64,000 nt of DNA from Mobula hypostoma. Its lineage: Eukaryota. The DNA is taken from assembly GCF_963921235.1 (NCBI RefSeq), contig NC_086107.1:95232001-95296000 (forward strand), in the 5' to 3' direction. Made by a program: the position numbers and the translations under genes. A model generated the notes under the pieces. The model did not search any database and was not told the DNA's origin. It saw only the letters and a list, made by a program, of their open reading frames with translations. Positions 11,401 through 22,829 of the stretch are shown here, in pieces. Positions within the stretch are counted from its first letter, which is position 1; every line of letters starts with the position of its first letter.

Positions 11401-14400
11401 GGCGATGAATTCTCACGTCTCGGTGATGATCTCTCACGTCTTGGAGACGCTTTAGTTGGCCTGGATGATGACCGTCTGCGCCTCGGTGACAAGTTTTTGC
11501 GTCGTGGTGATGATCTCTCCCTCCTTGGTGACACCCGAGACTTCCTTGGTGATGACCTCAGTCGCCGCGGCGACCTGCTAGTTAGCCTTGATGACGATCT
11601 CCTGCGCAGGGGCGGTGAGATGCTCCTCCTCGGCGATGACCTCTCCCGCCGCCGCGACGACCCGTTGCTCCTGGGGGCCGGGCTGGGGCTGTGCCGTCGT
11701 GGTGACTGGCTCCTCTGGGCAGGAACTCTGGCAAGTGACCCAGCAGCGCTCGGCGATGACCTCTCCCGGCTGGTCGCCACCCCGTCAGCCGTAGGGGAGG
11801 AGTGTGCCCCGCGTGGGGGGCAGCTCCTCCGGCCCCTCACGGGGGAGGGGGAGCCCCGGGACTCAGCCCAACGGGAGGAGGAAACATCCCCTCTCCTAGC
11901 CGGGGAGGGAGAGGGAGAGGGGGACGGGGGCTGTGATCTCCTGGCAGGCGAGAGGTCTGCTGGCTTCTGGAAGACAGAATGGGGTAGGGAGTTTGAAGGG
12001 TACGTCACTGAACCCCCAAATCACCTCCTCTCAGCCCTACGCCGTCACGTCTGTGATCAACTGAATCCTCTCCTACCCCTCACGGACACTCTCACCCATC
12101 ACCGACTCTACCCTCGTACTGAATCCCCTCACAGAAACTTCCCATGATACTCCCTGGAAACCTTCCTCTCCCCCCACCCCCCACCCCCCACAGAACCCAA
12201 TGCCACAGCCCATGGACACTCGCACCATCACCAACTCTCCCCCGACTAAGTTCCCTAACCCCTTTCCACAGCACCGACTCTGCCTTCCCACCACCCACTT
12301 TCCCTCACCGACTCTCCCTACACCCCGGCTCCATGGTACTCACCTGCTTGCCCCTGGCTGTCCGGTTACTGGGGCTGCGGCTCCCGTTCCTTCTCCCTCT
12401 CATTGTGGCCTCCCGCTCTCCCCTCCTTGCTGTTTCGGCTCCCCGTGAGTCCCCGCCTGGCCCGGGGGCCGCCCAGGGTGAGGAGCTGCCCCCAGCAGCT
12501 CTGGCTTCTTTTCGGGGGCTTCGGGACCTGGAAAGGGGGGGGGGGGTGGAGGTTCAATAAAAAGAAACACAAGTCAGAACACTGTTAGGGGGAAATATCC
12601 TTTCACCATGCCTATTCTCACTTCCCATCCCACCCACTCCCACTCCCCCAAGCCCAGATGGAACATTGCACCCCATCCCAGGGAAGGAATGAAGGATACT
12701 CCAACTCTGCAGAGAAGGTCACATACAAGGTGTGCCCTGGGGGTGAAGCAGTTAGGGAAACTGGGAGACAGTACGATCCTGAGGAGTTTGGGCAGTCTGC
12801 TAAGCGGGGAGAACAAGCAAGCAGTCAGGAAACAGGTCAAAAGAATGCATGACACTGAACGTTTCACTGCAACTTTTCCTGCATTTTGCTCCAGCAACCC
12901 CACCCCCACCAGCTTAGTGGATTGTTGAAAGCCCGTAGGAGCATACCCACTCAGTGGAGAAACACTTGGCAGGTCTTGAGTGAAATCCTCCATAACCCAT
13001 CAGCCTGACTCCTCAGAGCGAGAGAACATGGAGCAGGGCAGATGGAGGAGAAACGGGGGGGAGGGAGAGCAGAAAAGTGGGTGTGGGAGGGAGGAGAGGG
13101 ACGTGAGGGTGCTGAGGAGATATGGGAAGGAGTAGAGACTTGCTTACCTGCTCACTGACAGAGAGGAGCTCCGAGACGACGAAGAGCCACGTGAGGAGGA
13201 GGGGCTTCCTGCTCTGGCCTGCTTGCGGGGTGGGGAACGAGGCTTGCTCCTGTGGAGGGGTGGGGGAGAAGACAGGAGAATGCTGATGGGGAGCCGACAG
13301 GGGCAGGCACTGAGTTCAAACACGGCAAGAGGGAGCATGAAAGACCTAAACAGAGATGAATAGGGATGTAGGGTGGGTAACTTCAGTCTGGAATGGAGGG
13401 TGAGTGGGTGTAATCTGGTCTGGGATGGAGTACCAGGGGAGATGAAAAGTCAGTCTGGGGAGAGAGTAAGGGGTGTAATGTCGGTCTGGGATGGGAGTTT
13501 AGGTGGTGTAATGTTGGTCTGCAACTAAGAGTGTACAACATCGGTCTGGGACGGAGGGTGAGGGTGTGTAACACTGGCTTGAGTCAGAGGGTGAGGTAGG
13601 GTGCAACGTTGGTCTGGGACCGAGGGTGGAGGGTGGCTGGTCTGGGATGGAGGGTGAGGGGTGTGTAACATCCATCTGTGACCGAGGGTGTGGGGGTGTA
13701 ACATCGGTCAGTGTGGGGGTGTAACGTCGGTCCGTGACGGAGGGAGAGGGGTGTGTAACATCGGTCAGTGACGGAGGGTGTGGGGGTGTAATGTCGGTTT
13801 GGGATGGGGTAGGGGTACATGGTTGTATTGTTGGTCTGGGACAGAAGGTAAGGGGTGTGCAACTTCGGGCTGGGATGGAGGCTGAGTGGGGTTGTAATCT
13901 TGGTCTGCGATATCTGTGAGGGACAAGGGTGTGAGGTGCTGGGACCTCACCTCTTTCTCCTCTTCTCCTTTGCCCCTCGCTTGCTCTTGGGGCTGCTGGA
14001 CCTGTGGAGCAGAAGGAGAGAGTTTCGAGCAGTGAGGCAGGGTAAGGGCAGGGTGATCTATTGCTCTTCACCCTGACTCCATCTTCACTGTCAAGTATTT
14101 CAGGAATTCCCAAGAATATTCCCAGCAGGTTCACACTCACACAGAGAAAATTCGAGGCTGATAGGCTCTTTTTCCTCTGTTTCTCACTTAGCCATCCGGC
14201 CCATCTCAGGCTGTTCTAGCTCAATGATCCATTCCTTCCCACTCACCTCCCTCCCCTGCCCCACACTGAACCTGGGATGCAGGAGGGAACTGCGGAGCAC
14301 CCAGAGGAATCCCACAGGGTCACAGGGAGAATGTGCAAACTCCACATAGGTATACAGAGACATGTATGAGGGGGGGACACAAAAACACACACGCAAACAG

Positions 14401-17400
14401 AGACACACACAGACTCATGGATGTAGCGACATAGGCACACACACACACACAAAATGCACAGAGACGTGGAGACACACACACACACAGGGACAGACAGCTG
14501 AGCTCCCTCGCCATGTCCCTCTGAGAGGCAACTCTCACCTGTGCTTCTTCTTACTTTTCGACTTCGACTGTGACCTGGGGAGAGAAGAAAGACCGTAAGA
14601 CATAGGAGTAGAAATCATGGCTGGTTTACTGACCCTCTCAACCCCATTCTCCTGCTTCTCCCCATAACCTTTGGCACTCTTGCTAGTCTATCAAACTCTG
14701 CTTTAAATATACCCAATGACTTGGCCTCCAGCTGTCTGTGACAAAGAATTCCACAGATTCACCACCCTCTGGCTGAAGAAATTCCTCCTCATCTCTGTTC
14801 TAAAGGGACATCCTTGTATTCTGAGGTGTTCCCCCGGTCCTAGACTCCCCCACTGTAAGAAACATTCTCTCTCTCTCCACTCTATATTTGACAGGTTTCT
14901 GTGAGATCACCTCCTTCTCCTTCTAAACTCTAGCGAGTACAGTCCCAGACCATCAAATGCTCCTCATACCTTAACCCTTTTCATTCCCAGGATAATTTTT
15001 CTGAACCTTCTCTGGACCCTCTCTAATGCCAGCATATCCTTTCTTAGGTAAGGGGCTAACAATACTCACAATACTCCATGCGGTCTGACCAAAATCTCAA
15101 TATTCCATCCTTGTTTTTATATTGTAGTCCAGTGGTCCCCAACCTCCAGGTTGCTGATTGCGTCGCCCCTGATCTGGGCCGACATTTACGCGCCGGGCAG
15201 CACCTAATTAATTAGCTTGTTTATTTCGGCTTTTTTCTTAAAGATGTGCTGGGTGCGTCCCGGCTACTGCTGTAACACTGCATTCTTCGCGGATCAGTAT
15301 TAGTCCGCAGCCTGGAGGTTGAGGACCACTGTTGTAGTCCTCTCAAAACTGCCTTCCATACCCCGGCTCAACTTGCAAGTTAACCTTTAGGGAATCCAGC
15401 AAGAAGACCCCCAAGTCCCTTTGCACCTCTGATTTTTGAATTTGCTCCCTGTTTAGAAAATGGTTTATGTCTTTATTCCTTCTACCAAAGTGCATAGCCA
15501 CAGGCTTTCGTACAATGTATTCCATCTGCCACTTCTTTGTCCACTCTCCTAACAGTATGTCCAATTCCTTCTGCAGACTCCCTGCTTCCTCAACGCCGCC
15601 TACTCCTCCACCTATCATCCAAATCACTGACATACAAGGTGAAAAGAAGTAGTCCCAACACCTTGCAGAACACCATTAGTCACCGGTAGACAACCAAAAA
15701 AGGCTCCTTTGTTCCCACTCTTTCCCTCCTGCCAGTCAGCCAATCTTCAACCCATGTATCTTTCCAGTAATACACCCCTGGTCAAAATTTCTGTTACTGT
15801 GAATAGTTAAGTGAGTAGAAGATGAACTGATCTCCAAAAGTCATAAAGTTAAAGGTGAAACATTCTTTTCAACATTTTAAGCAAGATTAGTGTATTACTT
15901 TTGTTCCGTACAATTTTAGAGTGAAAAAAAGGAAAAGAGCACCATGCAAAAGTTTGGCCACCCCAAGAGATTTGAGCTCTCAGATAACTTTTACCAAGGT
16001 CTCAGACCTTAATTAGCTTGTTAGGGCTATGGCTTGTTCACAGTCATCGTTAGGAAAGGCCAAGTGATGCAAATTTCAAAGCTCTATAAATACCCTGACT
16101 CCTCAAATCTCGTCCCAACAATAAGCTGCCATGGGCTCCTCTAAGCAGCTGCCAAGCACTCTGAAAATTAAAATAAACGATGCCCACAAAGCAGGAGAAG
16201 GCTATAAGAAGATAGCAAACCGTTTTCAGGTAGCCGTTTCCTCAGTTCATAATGTAACTACGAAATGGCAGTTAACAAGAATGGTGGAGGTCAAGTTGAG
16301 GTCTGGAAGACCAAGAAAACTTTCCCAGAGAACTGCTCGTAGGATTGCAAGGAAGGAAAATCAAAACCCCCGTTTGACTGCAAAAGACCTTCAGGAAGAT
16401 TTAGCAGACTCTGGAGTGGTGGTGTACTGTTCTACTGTGCAGCGACACTAAACAAATATGATCTTCATGGAAGAGTCATCAGAAGAAAACTTTTCCTGCA
16501 TCCTCACCACAAATTTCAGCATCAGAAGTTTGCAAAGGAACATCTAAACAAGCCTGATGCCTTCTGAAAACAAGTCCTGTGGACTGATGGAAGTTAAAAT
16601 AGAACTTTTTGGCTGCAATGAGCAAAGGTATGTTTGGAGAAAAAAAGGTGCAGATTTTCATGAAAAGAACTCCTCTCCGACTGTTAAGCACAGGGGTGGA
16701 TTGATCATGCTTTGGGCTTGTGTTGCAGCCAGTGGCACGGGGAACATTTCACTGGTAGAGGGAAGAATGCATTCAATTAAATACCAGCAAATTCTGGAAG
16801 CAAACATCATGCCGTCTGTAAAAAAGCTGAAGATGAAAAGAGGATGGCTTCTACAATAGGATAATGATCCTAAACACACCTCAAAATCCACAATGGACTA
16901 CCTGAAGGGGCGCAAGCTGAAGGTTTTGCCATGGCCCTCACAGTCCCCCAACCTAAACATTATCGAAAATCTGTGGATAGACCTCAAAAAAGCAGTGCAT
17001 GCAAGACAGCCCAAGAATCTCACAGAACTAGAAGCCTTTTGCAAGGAAAAATGGGCAAAAATCCCCCAAACAAGAATTGAAAGACTCTTAGCTGGCTACA
17101 GAAAGCATTTACAAGCTGTGATACTTGCCAAAGGGGGTGTTACTAAGTACTGACCATGCAGGGTGCCCAAACTTTTGCTTCGGGCCCTTTTCCTTTTTTG
17201 TTATTTTGAAACTGTAAAAGATGGAAATAAAAAAGTAATCTTGCTTAAAATATTAAAGAAATATATCATCTTTAACTTTATCCCTTTTGGAAATCAGTTC
17301 ATCTTTTACTCGCTTAGCTATTCACAGTAACAGAAATTTTGACCAGGGGTGCCCAAACTTTTGCATGCCACTGTAACATGAGCTTTTATCTTGCTAAGCA

Positions 17401-20400
17401 GGCCCTTATCAAAGGCCTTCTGAAAATCCAAATAAACAACATCCACTGACTCTCCTTTGTCTATCCTGCCTGTTATTTACTTAAAGAATGCCAACAGATC
17501 TGTCAGGCAAGATTTCCCCTTTAGGAAACCACGTCAATTTCAGTCTATTTTATCATGTGTCTCCAAGGAGGATTCAACACTGAGCAGCAGCCCTGGGACA
17601 TAACTCGTGGGGTTTCTCTGAGCAGCTGCATTCCTCAGCAGCTTCCCTGTTTGCCCATCTGCCCAGTGGGATGGGGCGACAGAAACCAAGGAGAAAGGAG
17701 CAGGAATACTTCCCCAGTACACACTGTGATGTCCGTCACATTCTCCCCATCCCCCCAGCCACGCTGCAATATCCTGCAGACTGAGGGGGATGTCTGATGT
17801 GGGGATGGGTTGAGGGTTGTGCTGAGGGGAGTGTGGTGTGCGTGTGTGGGGGCAACAGATTCTGATATACCTGCTCTTCTTCTTTGAGCTTTTCTTCTTC
17901 TTTTCCTTGGACCGTGTGGTCACGCTGGAAGACCTGGGCCCCAAAAACATACATCAACCTGGTTACATCATCAGACCCCCGTGAACCCTCGCATGCAGGG
18001 AGTGGGATCAGCACGGGAGAGGGTGGGTGGGGATCGAATTTGGTTGGGAAACAATGGGGAGAGAATCCCTGATTTGGTCAGACTGCACTGGGGAGTATCA
18101 TGTGCAGTTCGGGTCATCCTGTCACAGGAAGGGTGTAGGGGTTTTGGAGAGGGTGCAGAAGAGATTCAACAGGATGCTGCCTGGATTAGAGGGCATGAGC
18201 TATACAGAGAGGTGGGACAAACTTGGGTTGCTTTCCCTGGAGTGGCGGAAGCTGAGGGGAGATCTGATAAAGGTTTATAAGATTATGACAGGCACAGATA
18301 GAGTAGACAGGCAGTATATTTTCCCTTCAGGGTTGAAATGTCAAATGCAAGAGAGCAAGCATTCAAGGTGAGAGGGGGTAAGTTCAAAGGAGATGTGCAG
18401 GACAAGTTTTTTTAAAACAAAGAATGTGGGATGTCTGAAAGGGGAGAGAAAGAGAGAGATAGAGAGAGACAGTAATGTCAGGAAGACACATTGCAACTCC
18501 ATAAAACTGAGGTACTGCATTCTATTCTGGTCACCCCATTACAGCAGGGGTCCCCAACCTTTACTGCACTGCGTACCAGTTTAATATTCACAACATTCTT
18601 GCGGACCAGCCGACGGGGGGGATGTTCAAGTAGGGTTGCCAACTTTCTCACTCCCAAATAAGGGACAAAAGTAGCAGTCAAATACGGGACACTTGTGTTT
18701 ACCCCCGAGAAAGACTACCATGACCATGAAGCTTTGCGCGGGCACCTGTGTGCGCATGTGTGTACGTGCCGATTTTTTTCCTACAAATTGGTTTTGGCTT
18801 AATCTTCCTGATTCTGTTAAATGAAACTACACTGTACATACATTATTTCTACTTTATATAGGCTCTGTATTTATCATATCTTTCCTGCTTTCACTATGTG
18901 TTAGTGTTATTTTAGGTTTCATGTGTTATTTGGTATGATTTGGTAGGTTATTTCAAGTTCAACAGTGCGTGACAGGGAATGAGGAAAGGTGCAGCTGACT
19001 CATATTGTTTCATATCGCCAAATAATATCGTTTCCTCATGGCCCGGTTGTTGGGGACCACTGCATTACAGGATGGGTGTGTAGGCTTTGGAGACGGTACA
19101 GATGTGGTTCACCAGGATGATGCCTGGATTAACACAGACTGGTACAACATAACATAGCTAATACCACCTATTCCTTTTGCCCACAAGGGATAAGGGGGGC
19201 TGAGGAATGGCAAATGGAGTGACGGATGGGCTGGCAGACACAAGTGGTGGGGGCTTCGATCACGGGACGAAGGGCTGGCGGCATGGGATGAAGGGAGGGA
19301 TGGTGGGATGGGTGCGACCGCGCTGGTTCAGACTCACCGTCCACGGCTTCCTCCCTTCTTTCGCTTTTTCCGCTTGGGAGAGGGGGAACGGGACCGGCTG
19401 GGGTCCCGGACGAAGCTGCAGAGGAGGGGGAGACAGTGAGAGAGGAAGGGGGAGGGAGAATGGGGGGAGAGAGGGTGAGGGATAAAGGGGAATAAACAGT
19501 CACAGTAAGACAGGGCAAAGTCTGAATTACAACCCATGCAGTGTGTAGCCTCCCTTAGGTTGGTGAGATGGATTGGGGGGGTTGGGGGAGTTGTTCCAGG
19601 ACCTCATCGTCACCAGAACTGCAAGCTAAGGAGGGCATCCTGCCTGCACCATCACATTGCTGGATGGGACCTCAGGTGGTGGTGGTGGGGGGGCAGGAGA
19701 AGCCAGATCCAGAGGTTCGAGCTCTTTCCTGGGCACAGAGCCTGGGGAAGTGGGACGAAGAGCTTTCAGGATCTGTCACTGGGCCTGGTCCCTCAGGGGA
19801 GCCCTACCCAGAGCCCTGGCTGTGTTTGGGGTTTACAGCCATACCCAGCTCCTAGACACACCCTTGAGGTTGCAGTCAACAAGAACTTAACTCAGAGTTG
19901 CCTGAAGCCAACAACCCAAAGCCCGTGGCTGAGAGGAGAGGGACTGACCAGAGTCGGAGGTCCCAATCCTCCCACCCACCCAATCTCAACCTCACTTACC
20001 CATGTTGCTTCTGTTGCTGAGAGTCAGGGGGAGCCTCGGTACCCTGGCCTCGACGCCGGGGGTCAAAGGAGCTTCCATCTACGTAGGCGTCGCTGATGCC
20101 AAAGGCGGCCCGGAGCCTCTCATTCTTCTTCTCGTTTGCCTCGGCCAGCTGGTGTGTTTCATTCACCCTGTGAGTGGGGGTCAGGGAGGGAGAGAGCTAT
20201 CAGCGGTTGGGTCACTCACCCTGTGGGTGTGGGGAGAGCGGGATCAGATGTAGGACACTCACCCTGTGGGTGGGGAGAGAGCTATCAGCTGTTGGGTCAC
20301 TCACCCTGTGGGTGTGGGGAGAGCGGGATCAGATGTAGGACACTCACCCTGTGGGTGGGGAAGAGGGGGATCAGGTGGTAGGTCACTTGCTCTGTGGGTG

Positions 20401-21774
20401 GAGGCGGGGGGGGAATTTGATGGTGGGTCGCTCATTCTGTGGGGTGGGGGGCAGGGAGAAGGGTATACAAAACTGAGGGGTATAAAGAAGGTGAATGCGT
20501 GCATTCTCCTCAGGCTGGGTGAGACAAGAACTAAGCGCAGGGTGAATGGTGACATATTTAAGTGGAATTTGAGGGGGAACTTTTGCATTCAGAGGGTGGT
20601 GCAAGTGTGGAACCAGTTGCCGGTGCAAGTGGTGAATGTTGGCTTGATAACATTTGAGAAGTCTGGTTCAGTGTAAGACACGAATGTTTTGAGGGATATG
20701 TTCCAGTGTTGAGAAATGCTATGGCCTTTGTGCAGGTAAATGGGACAAGGCAGAAGATCAGACAGGTCCATTCCTGTGCTGTACTGCTCCATGACTGGCC
20801 TGTCTGTGGGACAACAAGGTAGCTCGGTAAGTGACAGGGGGTGCAATGGAGTGGAGGAGCACGAGGAAGGTGGGGGATCTCAGCAAGGAGGGTAGGTACA
20901 GGACAGGAAAACCCACTCACGTTGTCCGCTGTTTTGGGTCCTCCTTCCCCTGACCACAATCTTTCTCTACCAGCATCTGCCGAAACGTGGCCACTTTTTG
21001 CTGGATTTCCTCAAGGGAATACCTGAAACAGCACAGCACAGGGAGTGTTGTGAGGAGAGATGATTACCCATTCCCGTTCATTTCCAAAGCACCCAATCCT
21101 TCTCGTTCATTCCTGATGAACTCCACCTCCTCCCGTTCATTCATGACGGACACCACCCCTTCCCATTCATTCCTAATGTACCCCACCCTTTCTCATTCAT
21201 TCCTAATGACACCACCCCTTTCCCATTCACACCCAACATCCACACTTCCAAAGGGACCCCTTCCTTTCCCATTCACTCAACAGTCCACACTCCCAAAGGG
21301 ACCCCTTCCTTTCCCATTCACACCCAACATCCACACTTCCAATGGGACCCCTTCCTTTCCCATTCACACCCAACATCCACACTTCCAATGGGACCCCTTC
21401 CTTTCCCATTCACTCAACTGTCCACACTCTCAAAGGGACCCCTTCCTTTCCCATTCACTCAACTGTCCACACTCCATTGGGGCCCCACCCCTCCCCGTTG
21501 CCTCCCACAGCCCAGGAATCCTGTCAGATTCCTACCCCTGCTCCTCCATCATGTCCTCGAGCTCTATACAGCGGAGCTCCACACGGCGCTTGCGCTCATG
21601 GTCGAGGATGTCCTGGTTGGGCTTGCGGACAAGGCTGTTCTCTAGTCGCTGCAGCTCCTCCGGTGAGCGGTGGTCTGCCTTCTCCCGCCGCTGACGCACC
21701 GCCGACAGGTTCCGCTGCACATAGCCATTGGTGCCACTGCCCCGCGGGGTGGGCAGTCCGATCCCGTTGTACAT
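2398..21774 (-). CDS. SRRM2: Serine/arginine repetitive matrix protein 2 (SRm300), full spliced CDS span, 14 coding exons, 4110 nt, ~1369 aa
   Basis: N-terminus MYNGIGLPTPRGSGTNGYVQRNLS...DHERKRRVELRC (cwf21 domain); C-terminal SRSPRKPIDSLRDSRSLSYSPVERRR and final RSP*. All introns are GT-AG and exon phases join in frame. Confidence 0.97.
3296..3394 (-). CDS. SRRM2: SRRM2 exon 14
   Basis: ERERRHRRSGSQSPARKRHHDFPSPRDRRRYRR; cacag|...|gtaagt; 99 nt. Confidence 0.9.
4016..4129 (-). CDS. SRRM2: SRRM2 exon 13
   Basis: RSRSPRKPIDSLRDSRSLSYSPVERRR, matching the conserved SRRM2 C-terminal motif; 114 nt. Confidence 0.95.
4231..4461 (-). CDS. SRRM2: SRRM2 exon 12
   Basis: GPSSSQDRGRQRS...RTPSPPRGR; cacag|...|gtgagt; 231 nt. 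Confidence 0.87.
4970..9205. mobile_element. Cluster of decayed CR1/L2 LINE fragments (SRRM2 intron 11)
   Basis: KFADNTKIGG, LYKTL, ERFTRLLPG and NPKAFYTYIKSKR fragments in both orientations. Confidence 0.85.
8391..8969 (-). mobile_element. Non-coding retroelement insert (RTE 5'UTR-like) within a CR1 fragment
   Basis: CR1 sequence resumes on both sides with an imperfect ~15-20-bp duplication (ttagttcctgcct / taagtacctgtct); family assignment is tentative. Confidence 0.45.
9334..11966 (-). CDS. SRRM2: SRRM2 exon 11 (giant RS/SP-repeat exon)
   Basis: ttccag|AAG (KPADLSP...) lies within the 892-aa ORF; SPSPRRx heptads, KRKRR-polySer; ends CG|gtaagt; 2633 nt. Confidence 0.95.
9880..11640 (-). 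repeat. Coding 21-bp tandem repeat (SPSPRRx and SSPRRxx heptads) within SRRM2 exon 11
   Basis: Units such as ggcgcctgggagaagggctac and cgccttggtgatgacctctcg on the plus strand. Confidence 0.95.
12344..12527 (-). CDS. SRRM2: SRRM2 exon 10
   Basis: SRSPRKEARAAG...GKQ; tccag|...CAG|gtgagt; 184 nt, phase 2 to 0. Confidence 0.85.
13148..13249 (-). CDS. SRRM2: SRRM2 exon 9
   Basis: SKPRSPPRKQARAGSPSSSRGSSSSRSSSLSVSR; cacag|...|gtaagc; 102 nt. Confidence 0.88.
13390..13900. repeat. Degenerate minisatellite (gggtgtaacatcggtctgggacggag)
   Basis: Repeated ~30-38-bp motif in SRRM2 intron 8. Confidence 0.8.
13951..14001 (-). CDS. SRRM2: SRRM2 exon 8
   Basis: SSSPKSKRGAKEKRRKR; cacag|...|gtgagg; 51 nt. 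Confidence 0.9.
14265..14350 (-). mobile_element. V-SINE core fragment
   Basis: gtggagtttgcacattctccctgtgacc...ggattcctctgggtgctcc. Confidence 0.55.
14539..14574 (-). CDS. SRRM2: SRRM2 exon 7
   Basis: SQSKSKSKKKHR; cccag|...|gtgaga; 36 nt. Confidence 0.88.
15130..15331. mobile_element. hAT-type MITE
   Basis: TIR cagtggtcc(c/t)caacctccagg; 8-bp TSD TTGTAGTC. Confidence 0.88.
15773..17373 (+). mobile_element. Tc1-family (DD34E, IR/DR type) DNA transposon with defective transposase
   Basis: ~200-bp inverted repeats containing internal direct repeats; TA on both sides; transposase 16131-17153 with GRPRK, DNDPKH...WPSQSPNLNIIE (34-aa spacing); stops and frameshifts; sits inside a CR1 fragment. 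Confidence 0.95.
17871..17933 (-). CDS. SRRM2: SRRM2 exon 6
   Basis: SSSVTTRSKEKKKKSSKKKSR; cccag|...|gtatat; 63 nt. Confidence 0.88.
18545..19062. mobile_element. hAT-type non-autonomous element
   Basis: TIR cag(g/t)ggtccccaac; 8-bp TSD CATTACAG; interrupts a CR1 fragment. Confidence 0.88.
19338..19415 (-). CDS. SRRM2: SRRM2 exon 5
   Basis: FVRDPSRSRSPSPKRKKRKKGGSRGR; tgcag|...|gtgagt; 78 nt. Confidence 0.92.
20000..20167 (-). CDS. SRRM2: SRRM2 exon 4
   Basis: VNETHQLAEANEKKNERLRAAFGISDAYVDGSSFDP; cacag|...|gtaagt; 168 nt. Confidence 0.95.
20164..20400. repeat. 42/43-bp tandem repeat copying the SRRM2 exon 4 acceptor
   Basis: cactcaccctgtgggtg(t)gggga repeated four times next to the true acceptor. 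Confidence 0.85.
20921..21022 (-). CDS. SRRM2: SRRM2 exon 3
   Basis: tttcag|G YSLEEIQQKVATFRQMLVEKD... AC|gtgagt; 102 nt. Confidence 0.95.
21215..21480. repeat. ~43-46-bp minisatellite
   Basis: gggaccccttcctttcccattcac...tccacac repeated ~6 times. Confidence 0.88.
21536..21774 (-). CDS. SRRM2: SRRM2 exon 2 (first coding exon)
   Basis: Kozak gccaccATG at 21774; MYNGIGLPTPRGSGTNGYVQRN...MMEEQG; donor GG|gtagg; probable acceptor near 21801. Confidence 0.97.
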
Positions 21775-22829
21775 GGTGGCTGCTGGGGGTTTTGCCAGTC
21801 ACTGTTCCAGCCATGGGGAGGGAAGGAGGGAGAGCAGGATGAGGAAGGGGGAGGGGGAGGGAGAGGGGACAATGAGAAAGAGGAGAGAGAGAGCGAAGGG
21901 GGTAAGAGAGCTCAGTTAATCATTTCAGCAGTCTTACTGGCCCTTCAGCCCATCTTGTCTGAGCCAACTACAATGCCAATTCAGCTCAACCTATCTCCCT
22001 GTACGTGATCCATATTCCTCCAATCCCTGCCCGTTGCTTTCTAACAGTCTCTTAAATGCCTCTACTGTATCTGCCTCTACCACCACCCCTGGCTACACAT
22101 TCCAGGCACCCAGCACTCGCTATATAAAACATCTTGCCCCGCACATCTCCTCTGAATATTTTCCCAGTTCAATTTAAACTTTCTACCCCGGGGAAAAGGA
22201 CTATTCACTCTACATGCTCTCACATCCATGTTTATAAGACCACGCTTGGGCTGAATCTGAAGTACTGCATCTCGTCACCCTGTTACAGGAAGGCTGTGGA
22301 GGGCTTTGGAGAGGGTGCAGAAGACATTCACCAGGATGCCGCCTGGATTAGAGGGCATGAGCTATAGGGAGAGGCTGGACAAACATGCATTATTTTCTCT
22401 GGAGTGTAGAGGCTGAATTGTGATAGGCCTGATAGAGGTGTATAAGATCATGAGAGGCACAGATAGAGTAGACAGCCGGTATCTCCCCACCCACCCCAGG
22501 GTTTAACTGTCTTCTCCCCCCCCCCGCCACCACCACCATCCAGGGTTTAACTGTCTTCTCCCAGAGGACATGTATTTAAAGTGAGGGGGGTAAGTTCACC
22601 CGAGACATACAGAGCAAGATTTTTTTTCCCCAGAGGGCAATGGATGCCTGGAATGTGCCACCAGGGTGATGATGGAAGCACGTGTGATAGAGGTGTTTAA
22701 GTGGGTCTTAAACAGGCACATGCATATGCAGGGAACAGAGGGATGTGGACATGTGTAGGCAGAAGAGATTACCAGCTCAGCAGACATTTTGGGGCTGAAG
22801 TGCCTATACCTGTGTTCCATGTCTCTCAT

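Noticed and set aside
10822-12147. 441-aa plus-strand ORF with LGDDLSR heptads resembling an LRR or coiled-coil protein
   Set aside because: Antisense shadow of the SRRM2 21-bp repeat; no ATG start and no independent gene structure
20987-21694. 235-aa plus-strand ORF
   Set aside because: Made of a minisatellite plus the antisense of SRRM2 exon 2
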